This document shows positions 1-9,836 of a stretch of 64,000 nt of DNA, in pieces. The notes beneath the pieces were generated by a model, which was not told where the DNA came from, did no database searches, and was given only the letters and a program-made list of their open reading frames with translations. The position numbers and the translations under genes are program-made. This DNA is from a virus (lineage: Duplodnaviria > Caudoviricetes): the IMG/VR virus record IMGVR_UViG_2687453461_000002. One strand, 5' to 3'. Each line of letters begins with the position of its first letter. The first letter of the stretch is position 1.

Positions 1-196
1 CACGCTTCATTGCCCTGCTCCACGCTGATCAATGTTGGTCTTTTGCCAGTGCCGCGCCACTTCAGCCCAGGACAGCGCGCCCTCTACCTATCAAAGCCGA
101 TCACTCAGTACCGCACTCAACTGCGGGCCGCCTATTCTCATGTCCCACGGCCTGATGACGGAGGAAGGAACAACCACCGTCCAACCCAAAGGAAAA

Positions 197-430
197 ATGA
201 TGAAATCGCTACCCGTGCCACGGTCAATTGTGGGTGAGTCGCTATAACTGCGCCCGCTGCAGGCCACAGACTTCGAGTCGCTGTACAACGTCGCATCCGA
301 TCCCTTGGTTTGGGCCCAGCATCCAAGCCCAATGCGCTATCAGGCACCTGTTTTCCGCGAGTGGTTTGACCAGGCACTTGCTTCACAGTGCGCGCTCGTC
401 GTTCTTGATCGCAGCAACAACCGGGTGGCT
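197..430 (+). pseudogene. GNAT-family N-acetyltransferase remnant
   Basis: MMKSLPVPRSIVGESL*LRPLQATDFESLYNVASDPLVWAQHP reads in one frame across TAA at 245-247; resembles a RimJ/RimL-type GNAT N-terminus; similarity is lost after ~430. Confidence 0.6.
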
Positions 431-535
431 GCACCTGTTCAGCGATCAGAAAGCCAGTACGTTGCAAGCGTTCATCCCGGACTGCCGGCGCCGAGCACCA
501 CGCTTTGGTCCAGTAACCGTAAATGCACTGTTGGT

Positions 536-853
536 TCATTGCCCAAGGTTAGGCTGGACGGGAATCAGATCCTGAACTTCTGCGCAAGAGTAGGTGTTGG
601 AATAGTCGTAGAATTTCGGCCTTAATTCGGAGCCGTAACTCATGCATTGGAACGCAGACGAGCCTTTTTGCAAGATTAGAAAGTGAACCGTGCCGACTCT
701 TGCTGGCGACTGGTAGGCGGCTTTGATCTCATAGCCACTGCGTAACAGATCGGTCACCTTTTGAGTTTCCGCCAAGGCCAATGTGCTAGTGACTAGTAGG
801 CCCAGCAGCGAGATGCTCAGGGCATTTTTTGCAATACGATTCGTTCTTGGCAT
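536..853 (-). CDS. hypothetical exported protein
   Basis: 105-aa ORF with a signal-peptide-like N-terminus (..LLVTSTLALA). Confidence 0.55.
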   Translation of the reverse strand: MPRTNRIAKNALSISLLGLLVTSTLALAETQKVTDLLRSGYEIKAAYQSPARVGTVHFLILQKGSSAFQCMSYGSELRPKFYDYSNTYSCAEVQDLIPVQPNLGQ

Positions 854-949
854 GAATCCGTCATCCGTGAAGGGAAAATGCCAAGTTACCTAAGTTCAAC
901 AAAACCGTCACGGCCCAAGCAAGCTGAGTCGTAAAACTCAGCGGACTGG

Positions 950-1310
950 CCACACTCCGACAGGACTGGTCCAGAAGAGTCCAACAAGCGCGAGCTGCAA
1001 AACCTACTCGATTTCTTCAATGACCCACCGGCACCGCTCGAGGATATTGAGCCGCAACATGTGCAGCAATATCTATGGGAACGAGGAAAGACCGCGCCGG
1101 TTCGGGCGAACAAGGAAAAGGCGCTGCTCAGCGCTATCTGGAACTTTGCACGCGAGTGCGGATACACCGCGCTGGCCAACCCCTGTGCCGGGGTAAAGGG
1201 ACATAAGGAGAGCGGCCCTGACGTGTACGTCGAGGATGAAATATTCGCGGCTGTCTAGGCGAAGAGTGATCAGCCACTCAAAGACGCCCTGTATCTCTTC
1301 TATCTAACCG
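950..1310 (+). pseudogene. tyrosine integrase fragment (core-binding/early catalytic part)
   Basis: NKRELQNLLDFFNDPPAPLEDIEP..APVRANKEKALLSAIWNFARE..ANPCAG closely matches the integrase at 61677-62708; internal TAG at 1256-1258. Confidence 0.85.
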
Positions 1311-1312
1311 CA

Positions 1313-1446
1313 CGCGAAGCGCAGCAGTGGCGTACTGGATGAAACCTTCCAGGGTCGCATCGGCAACGTCGGCGCCGATGATCTGGGAGAACTCGTCCAC
1401 CGGACGGCCGCGGTGCTTGAACGCCTCTTCGGCGGTCTGGTATGCC
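1313..1446 (-). pseudogene. major capsid protein fragment
   Basis: AYQTAEEAFKHRGRPVDEFSQIIGADVADATLEGFIQYATAALR aligns with PYETTEEAFKRRARSPEEFSELVGQDYADAVLEGYIQYAMAALK of 28568-29515. Confidence 0.8.
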
Positions 1447-1655
1447 CACTCGCTCGGCCCCGACGGCTCCGCGCCGCTCTTCGAAATTCCGCGCCACCAA
1501 ATCGAAGTACCGCAAAGCGTGGCGCGCAAATTACGGCAAGCAGGCTTTGCCGAATCGGCTCCAGATGAACGCCGAAGAAGACGGCGAAGCATAACCCCCC
1601 TACTTGCTGCATCCGGATGCCATCGGGAATGAGAGTAAAGCCGTCTAGTTCAGGT

Positions 1656-1832
1656 TCAGACCTTTGTCGACTGAGTGAACATCCAACCAAGTACAACGGC
1701 AGCAATGATAGGGCGTACTAGATCCGTTGCCGGAGCCGAACCAGCAAACACCTGCAGGCCGCTTGTTACGAAGACTGCCAATGCAGCAAGAATGCCCAGC
1801 ACCGAAATCCAGCGGAAGTATCTTGGAAACAT
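1656..1832 (-). CDS. small two-TM membrane protein
   Basis: AGGAG RBS before ATG at 1832; two hydrophobic segments. Confidence 0.55.
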   Translation of the reverse strand: MFPRYFRWISVLGILAALAVFVTSGLQVFAGSAPATDLVRPIIAAVVLGWMFTQSTKV

Positions 1833-1937
1833 CGAGTAGCTCCTTTTAGAGGGGCACGATCGTAATTGCAATTAGCCACCACATCAACTATCGCTGCATC
1901 CGGATACGGAGGGCGGCGCGCACCCGAGGTAATCGCA

Positions 1938-2981
1938 ATGCCAGTAGTCCACAGCATCATCCACAAGATCGACAAGAAGCCAGAGGGCAGTCCTGCAGTG
2001 CTCCACTACGCAGGCGCCGAGCCGGCGGAAAGCGAGGTTCGCGACGACCTGATGCACCAGTTCAACGAAAGCTACAAAGCCAAACAGGGTAAGGCCTGGG
2101 GCCTGTTCTGTCCGGAGTCAGGCGCTTTCCCCTTCAGCGGATGGCTCAAGGAATACCTCGATGGCGGTCTCAACTTCGTTACTTTCAGTCGGGTAGCAGT
2201 GGAGCACCTGACCAAGCTGATGGAAGAATCGAACCTCTCCGTAGGTGGGCACGCCCTCTTCTGCCACTACCAGCAAGGCCTAACCCAGTACCTGGTAATT
2301 GCCCTGCTGCAGGAAACTGAAGCGGTGACCGTGGCTGACGGCCTCGCACTGGCTCCTGTTCGGCGCCTGGATCTGGACCACATCCACCTGGCCGCCCGCA
2401 TCAACCTGAGCGAGTGGAGGGACAACCCGAAATCGCGTCAGTACATTTCGTTCGTCAAGGGTAAGAACGGCCGCAAAGCGAGCGACTACTTCCGTGACTT
2501 CATCGGCTGCCAGGAAGGCGTAGACGGCCCAGGCGAAACCCGCACCCTGCTCAAGGCCTTCAGCGACTTCGTGGAAAGCGAGGACCTGCCGGAGGACTCG
2601 GCCCTGGTCAGCTACTCCATAGCCCAGTCCAAACTTGGCGAGTCAGTCAGCCTTGAGGAGCTGTCCGAACTGCTCGACGAGGACCGCCCAAAGGCGTTTT
2701 ACGATCACATCCGCAACAAGGACTACGGGCTGTCACCGGAGATCCCCGCAGACAAGCGCACCCTGAACCAGTTCCGCCGCTTCACCGGTCGCGCCGAGGG
2801 CCTGTCCATCAGTTTCGAGGCCCATCTGCTGGGCGACAAGATAGAGTTCGACGAGACCGGCGGCATCCTGACGCTGCGAGGATTGCCAACTCAACTCGTA
2901 GATCAACTCAAGCGCGCAGGCACCTTACAGCTACCGCAGCCCTCTAAACGAGAAACGTCGTCTAGACAGGCTTACAAGTAA
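1938..2981 (+). CDS. yejK: phage-borne nucleoid-associated protein YejK/NdpA
   Basis: [66 protein letters not shown]; GAGG RBS. Confidence 0.85.
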   Translation: MPVVHSIIHKIDKKPEGSPAVLHYAGAEPAESEVRDDLMHQFNESYKAKQGKAWGLFCPESGAFPFSGWLKEYLDGGLNFVTFSRVAVEHLTKLMEESNLSVGGHALFCHYQQGLTQYLVIALLQETEAVTVADGLALAPVRRLDLDHIHLAARINLSEWRDNPKSRQYISFVKGKNGRKASDYFRDFIGCQEGVDGPGETRTLLKAFSDFVESEDLPEDSALVSYSIAQSKLGESVSLEELSELLDEDRPKAFYDHIRNKDYGLSPEIPADKRTLNQFRRFTGRAEGLSISFEAHLLGDKIEFDETGGILTLRGLPTQLVDQLKRAGTLQLPQPSKRETSSRQAYK

Positions 2982-2996
2982 TATATGTGTCTGCTC

Positions 2997-4025
2997 TTAC
3001 ATACCAGCCTTCGGTACAATGCGATTACTTCTTAATATTCGAGGGATGCTTGACGTGCTCTTTAATCTATATTTTTTTCCATCTGACGATACATAATATC
3101 GGTGAGACTCTGTAGCAAAAACATCTTCCGATCCAGACCTAATAGCGTCCTTTACATTATCCAACTCTTTTTGAAGAAGGTTAACTTGATCAGCGGCCTC
3201 ACTATTCAATTGCTGGGCAGAAGCTAACTGCGATACTAGCTTTTGCATTTCCCCCAATGCTTTATCTCTATCTAAATCAGCCTTTACAATTCGCTCATCG
3301 ATCTCATCAAATTCATTACTTAGACTCTTTATAAACCCACCCATTTCATCTGCACTACCAGCAAGCCGATTAAATATTTTTAAAACATCTACTAGTTGCT
3401 TGTTATCTGAAAAATTTGGATATCTAACTGTATGATCAATTTCACTCCAGGCCTCCTCAAAAACCGTTCTCACTTGCACCTCAACGAGGACCTCACGAAG
3501 ACCTGGCTTAGTTTTCAATACGTAATGGACTGATCTATATCCGGCGGGATGTACCTTAGCGGCAATCTCATTCTGCTCAAGAGCCTCAATGAGCTCTGAT
3601 CTATCCCCCTCTCGAATGTAAGAGACAGCAGCCTCATTAAACTCCCACATTTTCTTGATTTGACTGTGAATAGGTAGGCAGTCATCTTTAAACAAATGAA
3701 GCGCTCTAACACCAATTAAATCAGTAACAACCTCATGATAGTTCTCTACACTAATGCTTTTATATTTTTCGGAGGCGTTAGGCTCAGACCGTTTGCGAAC
3801 AATTTTCTCAATTAGATGTTCTGGATCTTTAACCCGCCAGCGAACCGAGTGAACCCCCTCAAATGACTGCATGCTTTTTACAAAAAAATTAGCCGTATCC
3901 TCTAGCTGACGAATTCGCACGGAGTGATCAGAAAATATCGAAAGCAACTGTTCCCATTCGATATCTGCCGCTATCCAGTCCTCTTGGGTAATTCTGTTTT
4001 TCTCGAGAAATTCGTTTAATTCCAT
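2997..4025 (-). CDS. RelA/SpoT synthetase-domain protein (small alarmone synthetase-like) with C-terminal coiled coil
   Basis: RVKDPEHLIEKI, DLIGVRAL, GYRSVHY, VEVQVRTVFEEAWSEIDH motifs; low GC. Confidence 0.85.
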   Translation of the reverse strand: MELNEFLEKNRITQEDWIAADIEWEQLLSIFSDHSVRIRQLEDTANFFVKSMQSFEGVHSVRWRVKDPEHLIEKIVRKRSEPNASEKYKSISVENYHEVVTDLIGVRALHLFKDDCLPIHSQIKKMWEFNEAAVSYIREGDRSELIEALEQNEIAAKVHPAGYRSVHYVLKTKPGLREVLVEVQVRTVFEEAWSEIDHTVRYPNFSDNKQLVDVLKIFNRLAGSADEMGGFIKSLSNEFDEIDERIVKADLDRDKALGEMQKLVSQLASAQQLNSEAADQVNLLQKELDNVKDAIRSGSEDVFATESHRYYVSSDGKKYRLKSTSSIPRILRSNRIVPKAGM

Positions 4026-4126
4026 TCGCTCCACCATGCTAGCTAATCCGGCTCCATTCCAGTCTCTCGTAATACCCCATCCCACCCCAAATTGCCACCA
4101 TCCCGCCAGCACGGGAGTAGCACCTG

Positions 4127-4681
4127 CTACCTTTGTATTTCTTCTGTAGTTGGCCGCGGCGCGCCAGTAGAGGCCGCAACCTCACACGCCAATACAGCGA
4201 TAGCGAGGTGGTCTTTGATCTCAGAAAGCATTACAGCCCACCGCTTAAAATGAATTTTATGCTGTGAAACATCGCTCCACGTGTGATGTGAGATCATCGC
4301 GCCGGCGTCAGCCGAAAAGCTCTGAATGAGCCCCAACGCTCTTGCTGTTCTCTTGGCGGCATGACTTTTCAAGTGAAGCAACGGGTACAGGTCATCAATG
4401 GAGATGTCTCTGGCCATTATATCGAGCTCTTGTATGGCCCTTAGGATGTTCATATATCCTTCAGCTGGCTCTGCATCATCGATACAAAACCAGGCAAAGA
4501 GATAAGATACTTTTCGCTCCAATTCCGTGATTGGACTCAACATTCTAGCGGCGACCAATTCAGAGCGATCCTTATCGGCCCTCCGGTTTGCGTAAGCCGC
4601 GTGCCCAGAAACACCCAGGGCGACAGCAACAGCGGCCATGGTGCCGATAGCCGACCACATATCCCAAGGCGAGTCCGCCAT
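4127..4681 (-). CDS. hypothetical protein with N-terminal TM
   Basis: MADSPWDMWSAIGTMAAVAVALG..; GAGGAG RBS. Confidence 0.65.
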   Translation of the reverse strand: MADSPWDMWSAIGTMAAVAVALGVSGHAAYANRRADKDRSELVAARMLSPITELERKVSYLFAWFCIDDAEPAEGYMNILRAIQELDIMARDISIDDLYPLLHLKSHAAKRTARALGLIQSFSADAGAMISHHTWSDVSQHKIHFKRWAVMLSEIKDHLAIAVLACEVAASTGAPRPTTEEIQR

Positions 4682-4786
4682 CTGAATCTCCTCGTTCCGG
4701 CTCAATGTCGGGCCGAACACAAATACCCCACTTCTACGAATCACGCCACCCGGGCGAGGGCGGCGCATGCCTGCAGGAGCCACAAC

Positions 4787-5248
4787 ATGACCGAACAACA
4801 GCAAGACGAAAGCAAGCTCGAACGGGTCATCCGCAAGATCAAGCGCTGCCTGGCGCTCTCCCAAAGCTCGAACGAGAACGAGGCGGCCACGGCCATGCGC
4901 CAAGCGCAGTCACTGATGCGCGAGTACCGCCTGACCGAAATGGATGTGCGCCTCAGTGATGTAGGGGAAGTCGAATCGGAGATGTCCAGGGCCAAGCGGC
5001 GGCCAACCTGGGACCGAAATCTCGGGTCGGTTATTGGCGAAGCCTTCAGCGTCAGGTCCTTCTCTCGCCGGCGCTGGTGCACCGCTACCAGTCGGGTAGT
5101 TGAATGCGAAATGTACGTCGGGATAAACCCAGGTCAGCAAATAGCGATGTACGCCTACGAAACGCTTCTGGCCAAACTTACCCAGGCCCGGCGCGAGTAT
5201 GTGGCCAAGGTGCGGTCAGGCAAGCAGCGCAGTGCCTATCCGGGATAA
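4787..5248 (+). pseudogene. DUF2786-domain phage protein, probably C-terminally truncated
   Basis: VIRKIKRCLALSQSSNENEAATAMRQAQSLM; ends at the junction with the integrase C-terminal fragment. Confidence 0.7.
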
Positions 5249-5627
5249 CCGCCTGGCTGTTCACCAGGGCAAGACTGGCGCAAAAAGGAGGATCGAGATC
5301 ACCGGTGAGTTGAAGGTGGTGATTGACCGAATACTGGCCAGGAAGGCCGGGATGGCCATTCGCACCAGCAGGCTGATTGTGATGGACAATGGCCAACCAA
5401 TGACCACCAGTATGCTGCGGGGAAGGTTTGATGCAGCGCGCGAGGCGGCAGGAGTTGAAAAAGCTGATTTTCAGATGCGAGATTTGCGAGCGAAGGCCAG
5501 CACCGACAAAGCGGAATCCAGTGGCGACATATTGCAAGTAAGAGATCAGCTCGGGCACACCACGGTGGTGATGACAGAGAACTACATCCGCAAACGGATA
5601 GGCAAAAAGGTCACGCCTACAAAGTAA
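5238..5627 (+). pseudogene. tyrosine integrase C-terminal fragment
   Basis: QGKTGAKRRIEITGELK..FQMRDLRAKA..LGHTTVVMTENY, near-identical to the C-terminus of 61677-62708. Confidence 0.9.
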
Positions 5628-5660
5628 ATTGCGGAGCAGTATTTGAAATTGCGGAGCAGT
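5627..5660 (+). repeat. integrase arm-type direct repeats of the remnant
   Basis: AATTGCGGAGCAGT at 5627-5640 and 5647-5660. Confidence 0.65.
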
Positions 5661-5707
5661 TCAGGATAAGGCTCACTCAAAAAAACCGTGCAAGCCCTTG
5701 AAATAGA

Positions 5708-5767
5708 TGGTGCCCGAAGCCGGAATCGAACCGGCACGCCCTTACGAGCGGGGGATTTTAAGTCCCA
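5708..5767 (-). repeat. att core (duplicated 3' 60 nt of tRNA-Leu)
   Basis: identical to 62791-62850. Confidence 0.95.
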
Positions 5768-6009
5768 ATATAAAATCAAGCTGGCTGCGGCTTTCACGTC
5801 ATTTTCCGGTCCGCAATCTTGTAAATTTTTGCGCAATTTATCGCAATGTTTTCAGATAGTTATGAATTGTTGCGGCCCAAAAAAGATGCAGAAAAATAGC
5901 TCTCACGACTTTAACGAAAGCGGAATGGCGCATCCCATTTCTCGCCACATTATGCCGATAACGCATAATCCCTCCCCGGCGTCCTGCCAAACACACCCCC
6001 CCCCAATTG

Positions 6010-6303
6010 CTACTCAACGCGACACCACCACGATTGCGCATATAGAGCTCCGTCGACCTCCTCAACGCCATTGATGTTCATCCCAAGCTGCGCCATGCCG
6101 TTGACCTTTGCATCGAGCAGTCGCGGAAACACATCCGGGCCTGGATCGCTTTTGAATATCCAAGCCTGAACACAAGGTCGCCCCAGCGCCTGGCTGTGGC
6201 TCTCCAGAATATGGATGTCTCCTTTGACAGGCTGGATCTTGCTCAGCCTTTCTGAAGGTATTGCTACGCCACGCTCCCTGCGGCGAACGATTAGAAAATT
6301 CAT
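6010..6303 (-). CDS. hypothetical protein, probably SOS-regulated
   Basis: 97-aa ORF divergent from SRAP, directly downstream of a LexA box. Confidence 0.7.
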   Translation of the reverse strand: MNFLIVRRRERGVAIPSERLSKIQPVKGDIHILESHSQALGRPCVQAWIFKSDPGPDVFPRLLDAKVNGMAQLGMNINGVEEVDGALYAQSWWCRVE

Positions 6304-6325
6304 GGGGGGGGATCACGCCAAAAGG

Positions 6326-6341
6326 CTGTATATACGAACAG
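6326..6341. promoter_or_regulatory. LexA (SOS) box
   Basis: CTGTATATACGAACAG fits CTGT-N8-ACAG. Confidence 0.8.
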
Positions 6342-6419
6342 TATTTCACCACTTGGCATGCAAGTGAATTGATGCCGACAGACGGAGCTATGCTTTCTCC
6401 TCTGCAGGGAGAAACGTCT

Positions 6420-7100
6420 ATGTGCGGACGACTTGCGCAATACCACGGCATCCACGACTTCGTCGCAGCCCTGAGCATGTCCGGGGCCCTGATCAATAAC
6501 GTCGGTGATCAGCCCCTGGGGCGCTACAACGCAGCGCCGACGATGCAGCTTGCCCTCCTCCACGTCGCCGACGACAAGTTACACGCTGACGCCGTGCGCT
6601 GGGGGTGGCGACCGCACTGGGCCACCGACCGCGCCGCGCCGGTCAATGCCAGGGTCGAGAAAGTGGCTCACGGGCCGTTCTTCCGCCAGATCTGGCCGCA
6701 CCGGGCCATATGCCCGATCGACAACTGGTTCGAGTGGGTAGACGAAGGAGGACCGAAGAAACAGCCCTACCTGATCCGGCACCGCGACGGCTCTCCTATC
6801 CTCTGCGCTTCAATCGGACAGCTACCGGATCCAGACGAAGGTCAAGGCGAGCACGACGGCTTTGTGATCATCACCGCCGACGCCCAGGGCGGCATGGTCG
6901 ACATTCACGACCGGCGGCCTGTTGTCCTGGCGCCGGAGCTGGCCCGAGAGTGGCTCGACCCAGCTACAGCGAAGGAACGCGCCGAACAGATGGTCCTACA
7001 CCAGGGCGAGTCCGCCGAGGCCTTCGAGTGGTGCAGGGTTAGAGCTTCCGTAGGCAACGTACGCAATCAAGGACCCGAACTGATTGATCCGGTAGGGTGA
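6420..7100 (+). CDS. SOS response-associated peptidase (SRAP/YedK family)
   Basis: MCGR N-terminus, NARVE, WFEW, IHDRRP, VGNVRN motifs. Confidence 0.92.
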   Translation: MCGRLAQYHGIHDFVAALSMSGALINNVGDQPLGRYNAAPTMQLALLHVADDKLHADAVRWGWRPHWATDRAAPVNARVEKVAHGPFFRQIWPHRAICPIDNWFEWVDEGGPKKQPYLIRHRDGSPILCASIGQLPDPDEGQGEHDGFVIITADAQGGMVDIHDRRPVVLAPELAREWLDPATAKERAEQMVLHQGESAEAFEWCRVRASVGNVRNQGPELIDPVG

Positions 7101-7147
7101 CGAACCAGTGACTGATGAATCACTGGCAACGGATTGTCAGCTGCATA

Positions 7148-7513
7148 CTATTTTGCAGTTTTAGAAACGAGATTGTCACATTTGGTAGGCTTGGAAGTAG
7201 CCTCACCACGAGAAAAGTGATTCGGAAAATGATTTAGGAACGTCTCGATAAGGTGCGCGTGATAGTAGGAGTAGACCTCTGGCTCAATACGCTCCCCGGC
7301 CGGAGGAATGATATTGAACACAAGGCGGCCCTCAATGTCGGTGCGCGGCTTAAAATAAGCCTTAGCCCCCCAACGTTCGGCAACATGAGTAAAGTTACCG
7401 CTTGGGGTCTTCCTCCACGTTGTAATTGAGCCCTCACGCTCGGTCTGTCCGATGCGCTGATCAAACAATTTGAGAAGGCCTGCGGGCGACTGGGTAATGA
7501 AGCGAACAGACAT
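7148..7513 (-). CDS. hypothetical protein (moron)
   Basis: 121-aa ORF with G-rich RBS, lower GC. Confidence 0.65.
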   Translation of the reverse strand: MSVRFITQSPAGLLKLFDQRIGQTEREGSITTWRKTPSGNFTHVAERWGAKAYFKPRTDIEGRLVFNIIPPAGERIEPEVYSYYHAHLIETFLNHFPNHFSRGEATSKPTKCDNLVSKTAK

Positions 7514-7595
7514 TGGAACCCCCCTCTTAAAGTGGATCCAATAAATAGCACGACGCCATCACGCATTCAATCATGGGACCTGACTCAAACAGCAT

Positions 7596-7853
7596 TCATT
7601 GACATGAGCCTACTGCAGCCATCAACTGCCTCTCAAATCCGATTCTCTGTCTTCGCTCTGCCAGAAGCGCCCTCACCTTCGTCTCCAGACTGTCGTCCTT
7701 GCGCAGGCCGGCGGCGGCCCAAGCCGGTACGGAGATATTAGGCGCCCTGCACGGCACTTGCACGGGCACCTCCACTCGCACGGTGCGTACCTCGGGCTCC
7801 CGCGCCGCACACCCTGCCAGTAGCACCACAGCTCCCGCCAGTAACCACTTCAT
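7596..7853 (-). CDS. o-spanin (Rz1-like lipoprotein)
   Basis: lipobox LAGC, Pro-rich, overlaps the i-spanin stop. Confidence 0.8.
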   Translation of the reverse strand: MKWLLAGAVVLLAGCAAREPEVRTVRVEVPVQVPCRAPNISVPAWAAAGLRKDDSLETKVRALLAERRQRIGFERQLMAAVGSCQ

Positions 7854-8224
7854 AACCCCAACTCCTGATCAATGATCGATTCCACCGCTGGCGCCGGATC
7901 ACCACCAGTGCGCTCCTGCAGCAGGCGATTTGCAGCGGAGTAGTCGTGCTGGGCCAGCTCCTCGGCGTCAGCCTGGGCCTGGACAGCGCGGCGCTCGCGC
8001 TCCTGGCCAGCCAGCACCAGGTCGCCCAGCTTTCGGCCCTGCTCCCCCGCCAGGGCCTCCAGGTTGTTGCGGCCAGCCTTTGCCGTTGCCAGAGCCTCCT
8101 GGGCGGTGTCGAGCAGCGGCCGGTAATGCCTGGAAGCCAGCCAGGCCCCCAGGGCGGCGCCGGCGGCCAACACCAGGACGACGGCCAGCAGAATGCCAAC
8201 CACCCGCCAGGCACCGGCGCTCAC
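7850..8224 (-). CDS. i-spanin (Rz-like)
   Basis: N-terminal TM then coiled coil, follows the endolysin. Confidence 0.8.
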   Translation of the reverse strand: MSAGAWRVVGILLAVVLVLAAGAALGAWLASRHYRPLLDTAQEALATAKAGRNNLEALAGEQGRKLGDLVLAGQERERRAVQAQADAEELAQHDYSAANRLLQERTGGDPAPAVESIIDQELGL

Positions 8225-8664
8225 TTCAGGGCCCTGCGCAGGCCTTCCTCGAATACCTCGCTCGAGTAAGGGTTGCCGCCGTTTTCGTGCACGATGATCC
8301 CGAGCATCACGGCGCGCAGGGTCGCCGGGTTCTTGATGTCGATCGCATCGTTCGCCTTCACGCCCAGGCGCTTGGCGATTGCGGCGATGTACGCCTCGGT
8401 GTCGTTCTCGTTCCCGGGCGCCCAGCGGGTGATGAACTCGCGTGGCGTATCGATGCCGGGCCCGCCAACCCCGGGCATGCCGTCCTTGCCGCGGTAGTTA
8501 AGCAGTAGCTTGCCCAGGGCACGGATGCCGTTCTCGGCGGTGTCGAAGACAGCGAACCGGCCGTTCGGCTCCTTGCCGAGCTGGCCCTCCCACTGGTTGC
8601 GTGGGTTGTAGTCGATGTTTCCAGGGTTGCGGTTGCGGACGCCGCGGGCATTTTGAATATTCAT
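8221..8664 (-). CDS. putative endolysin (RNxNPGNI lysozyme-like family)
   Basis: RGVRNRNPGNI..FDTAENGIRAL..RWAPGNENDT..HENG; directly upstream of the spanins. Confidence 0.75.
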   Translation of the reverse strand: MNIQNARGVRNRNPGNIDYNPRNQWEGQLGKEPNGRFAVFDTAENGIRALGKLLLNYRGKDGMPGVGGPGIDTPREFITRWAPGNENDTEAYIAAIAKRLGVKANDAIDIKNPATLRAVMLGIIVHENGGNPYSSEVFEEGLRRALK

Positions 8665-8721
8665 GCTCAAACTCCAGGCAAAAAAATGCCCGCACTTGGC
8701 GGGCCTCTACAGATTTATGAG

Positions 8722-9546
8722 TTACAGCTGTGGATTGAAGGGGTACGGGTATTCAGCAGTGTCTATGTAGGAGCAAGAAGGCATGCGATCTGAAAGCAGC
8801 GACATGAACCCCTGGGGAGTCGTGCTGTAAACACCGTCATATGTGGTCTCCGGCGAGTTCCACATGCAGTGCACAATTGACCCTTGCTGACCGTAGCAGC
8901 CCTCATGTACAGCACCTCTGAAGACAGTACTGCTGCCGAGCTGGCTCACAAAGCCGCAGCCGCGGTCCCATGGTATGTGGGCTGCATATGTTTTGGTCTG
9001 GTCAAGACTTACCGTGTAGTAAGCCCACAGAACCCCGCCAAGCGTTGAGCCTATTGGCTGCGGTATGAGCACTCCAGTAGCCCCACCAGAGAACGGCACT
9101 TGCATTCCATTAGGGAAGGTCACCGGGCCCGGCGGGGTCGATGTCCCGATGACGTTCAGCGGTCGCTGCAGGCTGTTGAACGTGAACCCTCCGCCTTCCT
9201 TTCGCGTCTTGAGCGCCGGACCGGTAAAGATTGGCCGCATGATGTCAAAGCAGTAAACCTTGATGCTGGCTACCTCGCCGGCAAAGTAGAACACCGTCTT
9301 GCTGCCCTCCTTTGACTGAAACGGCCTGTTGCTCGCGCCGGTGACGAATACAAGCGGGCTGATCGCGCCTTCAACTTCGAACTTGTAGATGTTGTCGTAG
9401 AAGACGCTCCACCCTCCGCCTGATTGAAGCCTTTGCCATCTACCGTGATAGGTGACGGGCCCGCTCTTGATCAGGCCGTAGATCGACTTCGACGTGTCAT
9501 AGAGAACATTGCCGCTCTCGTCGCGGACTATGAGTGCGGTGTTCAT
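8722..9546 (-). CDS. tail-tip associated protein (putative)
   Basis: second gene after J in the tail operon. Confidence 0.55.
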   Translation of the reverse strand: MNTALIVRDESGNVLYDTSKSIYGLIKSGPVTYHGRWQRLQSGGGWSVFYDNIYKFEVEGAISPLVFVTGASNRPFQSKEGSKTVFYFAGEVASIKVYCFDIMRPIFTGPALKTRKEGGGFTFNSLQRPLNVIGTSTPPGPVTFPNGMQVPFSGGATGVLIPQPIGSTLGGVLWAYYTVSLDQTKTYAAHIPWDRGCGFVSQLGSSTVFRGAVHEGCYGQQGSIVHCMWNSPETTYDGVYSTTPQGFMSLLSDRMPSCSYIDTAEYPYPFNPQL

Positions 9547-9836
9547 CAGTAGTACCCATAGAAAATTTCGCAGTTCATCGCAAAGCCGCCCGGTATCACG
9601 TACCCCCATTCGAGCCTGTTCTGCGTAATCGTGACGCCAGGCTTCTTGCCCGCTGTGCGCTGCGAGTCTTCCAGCGGCTGAACAACGTAGAAGTACGATC
9701 TACCGGCCGGCAGCGAAATGGGGATCGACCCATTGCTGCGGTTGGTGATGACCGAGCCAGCCCCCTGGCTCAGATTTCTAGTCATGTTGGTTGTGATGTT
9801 GCCGCTTGCATCACGCGTTATCAGCCCGACCGTCAT
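9546..9836 (-). CDS. small tail-tip associated protein (putative)
   Basis: MTVGLITRDASG N-terminus, overlaps the J stop. Confidence 0.55.
   Translation of the reverse strand: MTVGLITRDASGNITTNMTRNLSQGAGSVITNRSNGSIPISLPAGRSYFYVVQPLEDSQRTAGKKPGVTITQNRLEWGYVIPGGFAMNCEIFYGYY

Larger units (their letters stand above)
950..5707. mobile_element. decayed prophage remnant related to the main prophage (left end undefined)
   Basis: integrase fragments, capsid fragment, phage-type YejK and DUF2786 genes, arm-type repeats; abuts the duplicated tRNA 3' end. Confidence 0.75.

Noticed and set aside
5708-5767. second tRNA-Leu gene
   Set aside because: Only the 3' 60 nt are present; the D-arm and 5' acceptor strand are missing, so this is the att duplicate
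5996-6311. C9 (5996-6004) and G8 (6304-6311) tracts as phase-variation switches
   Set aside because: Both are intergenic with no frame effect; the G-run may just act as an RBS, and nothing else supports switching
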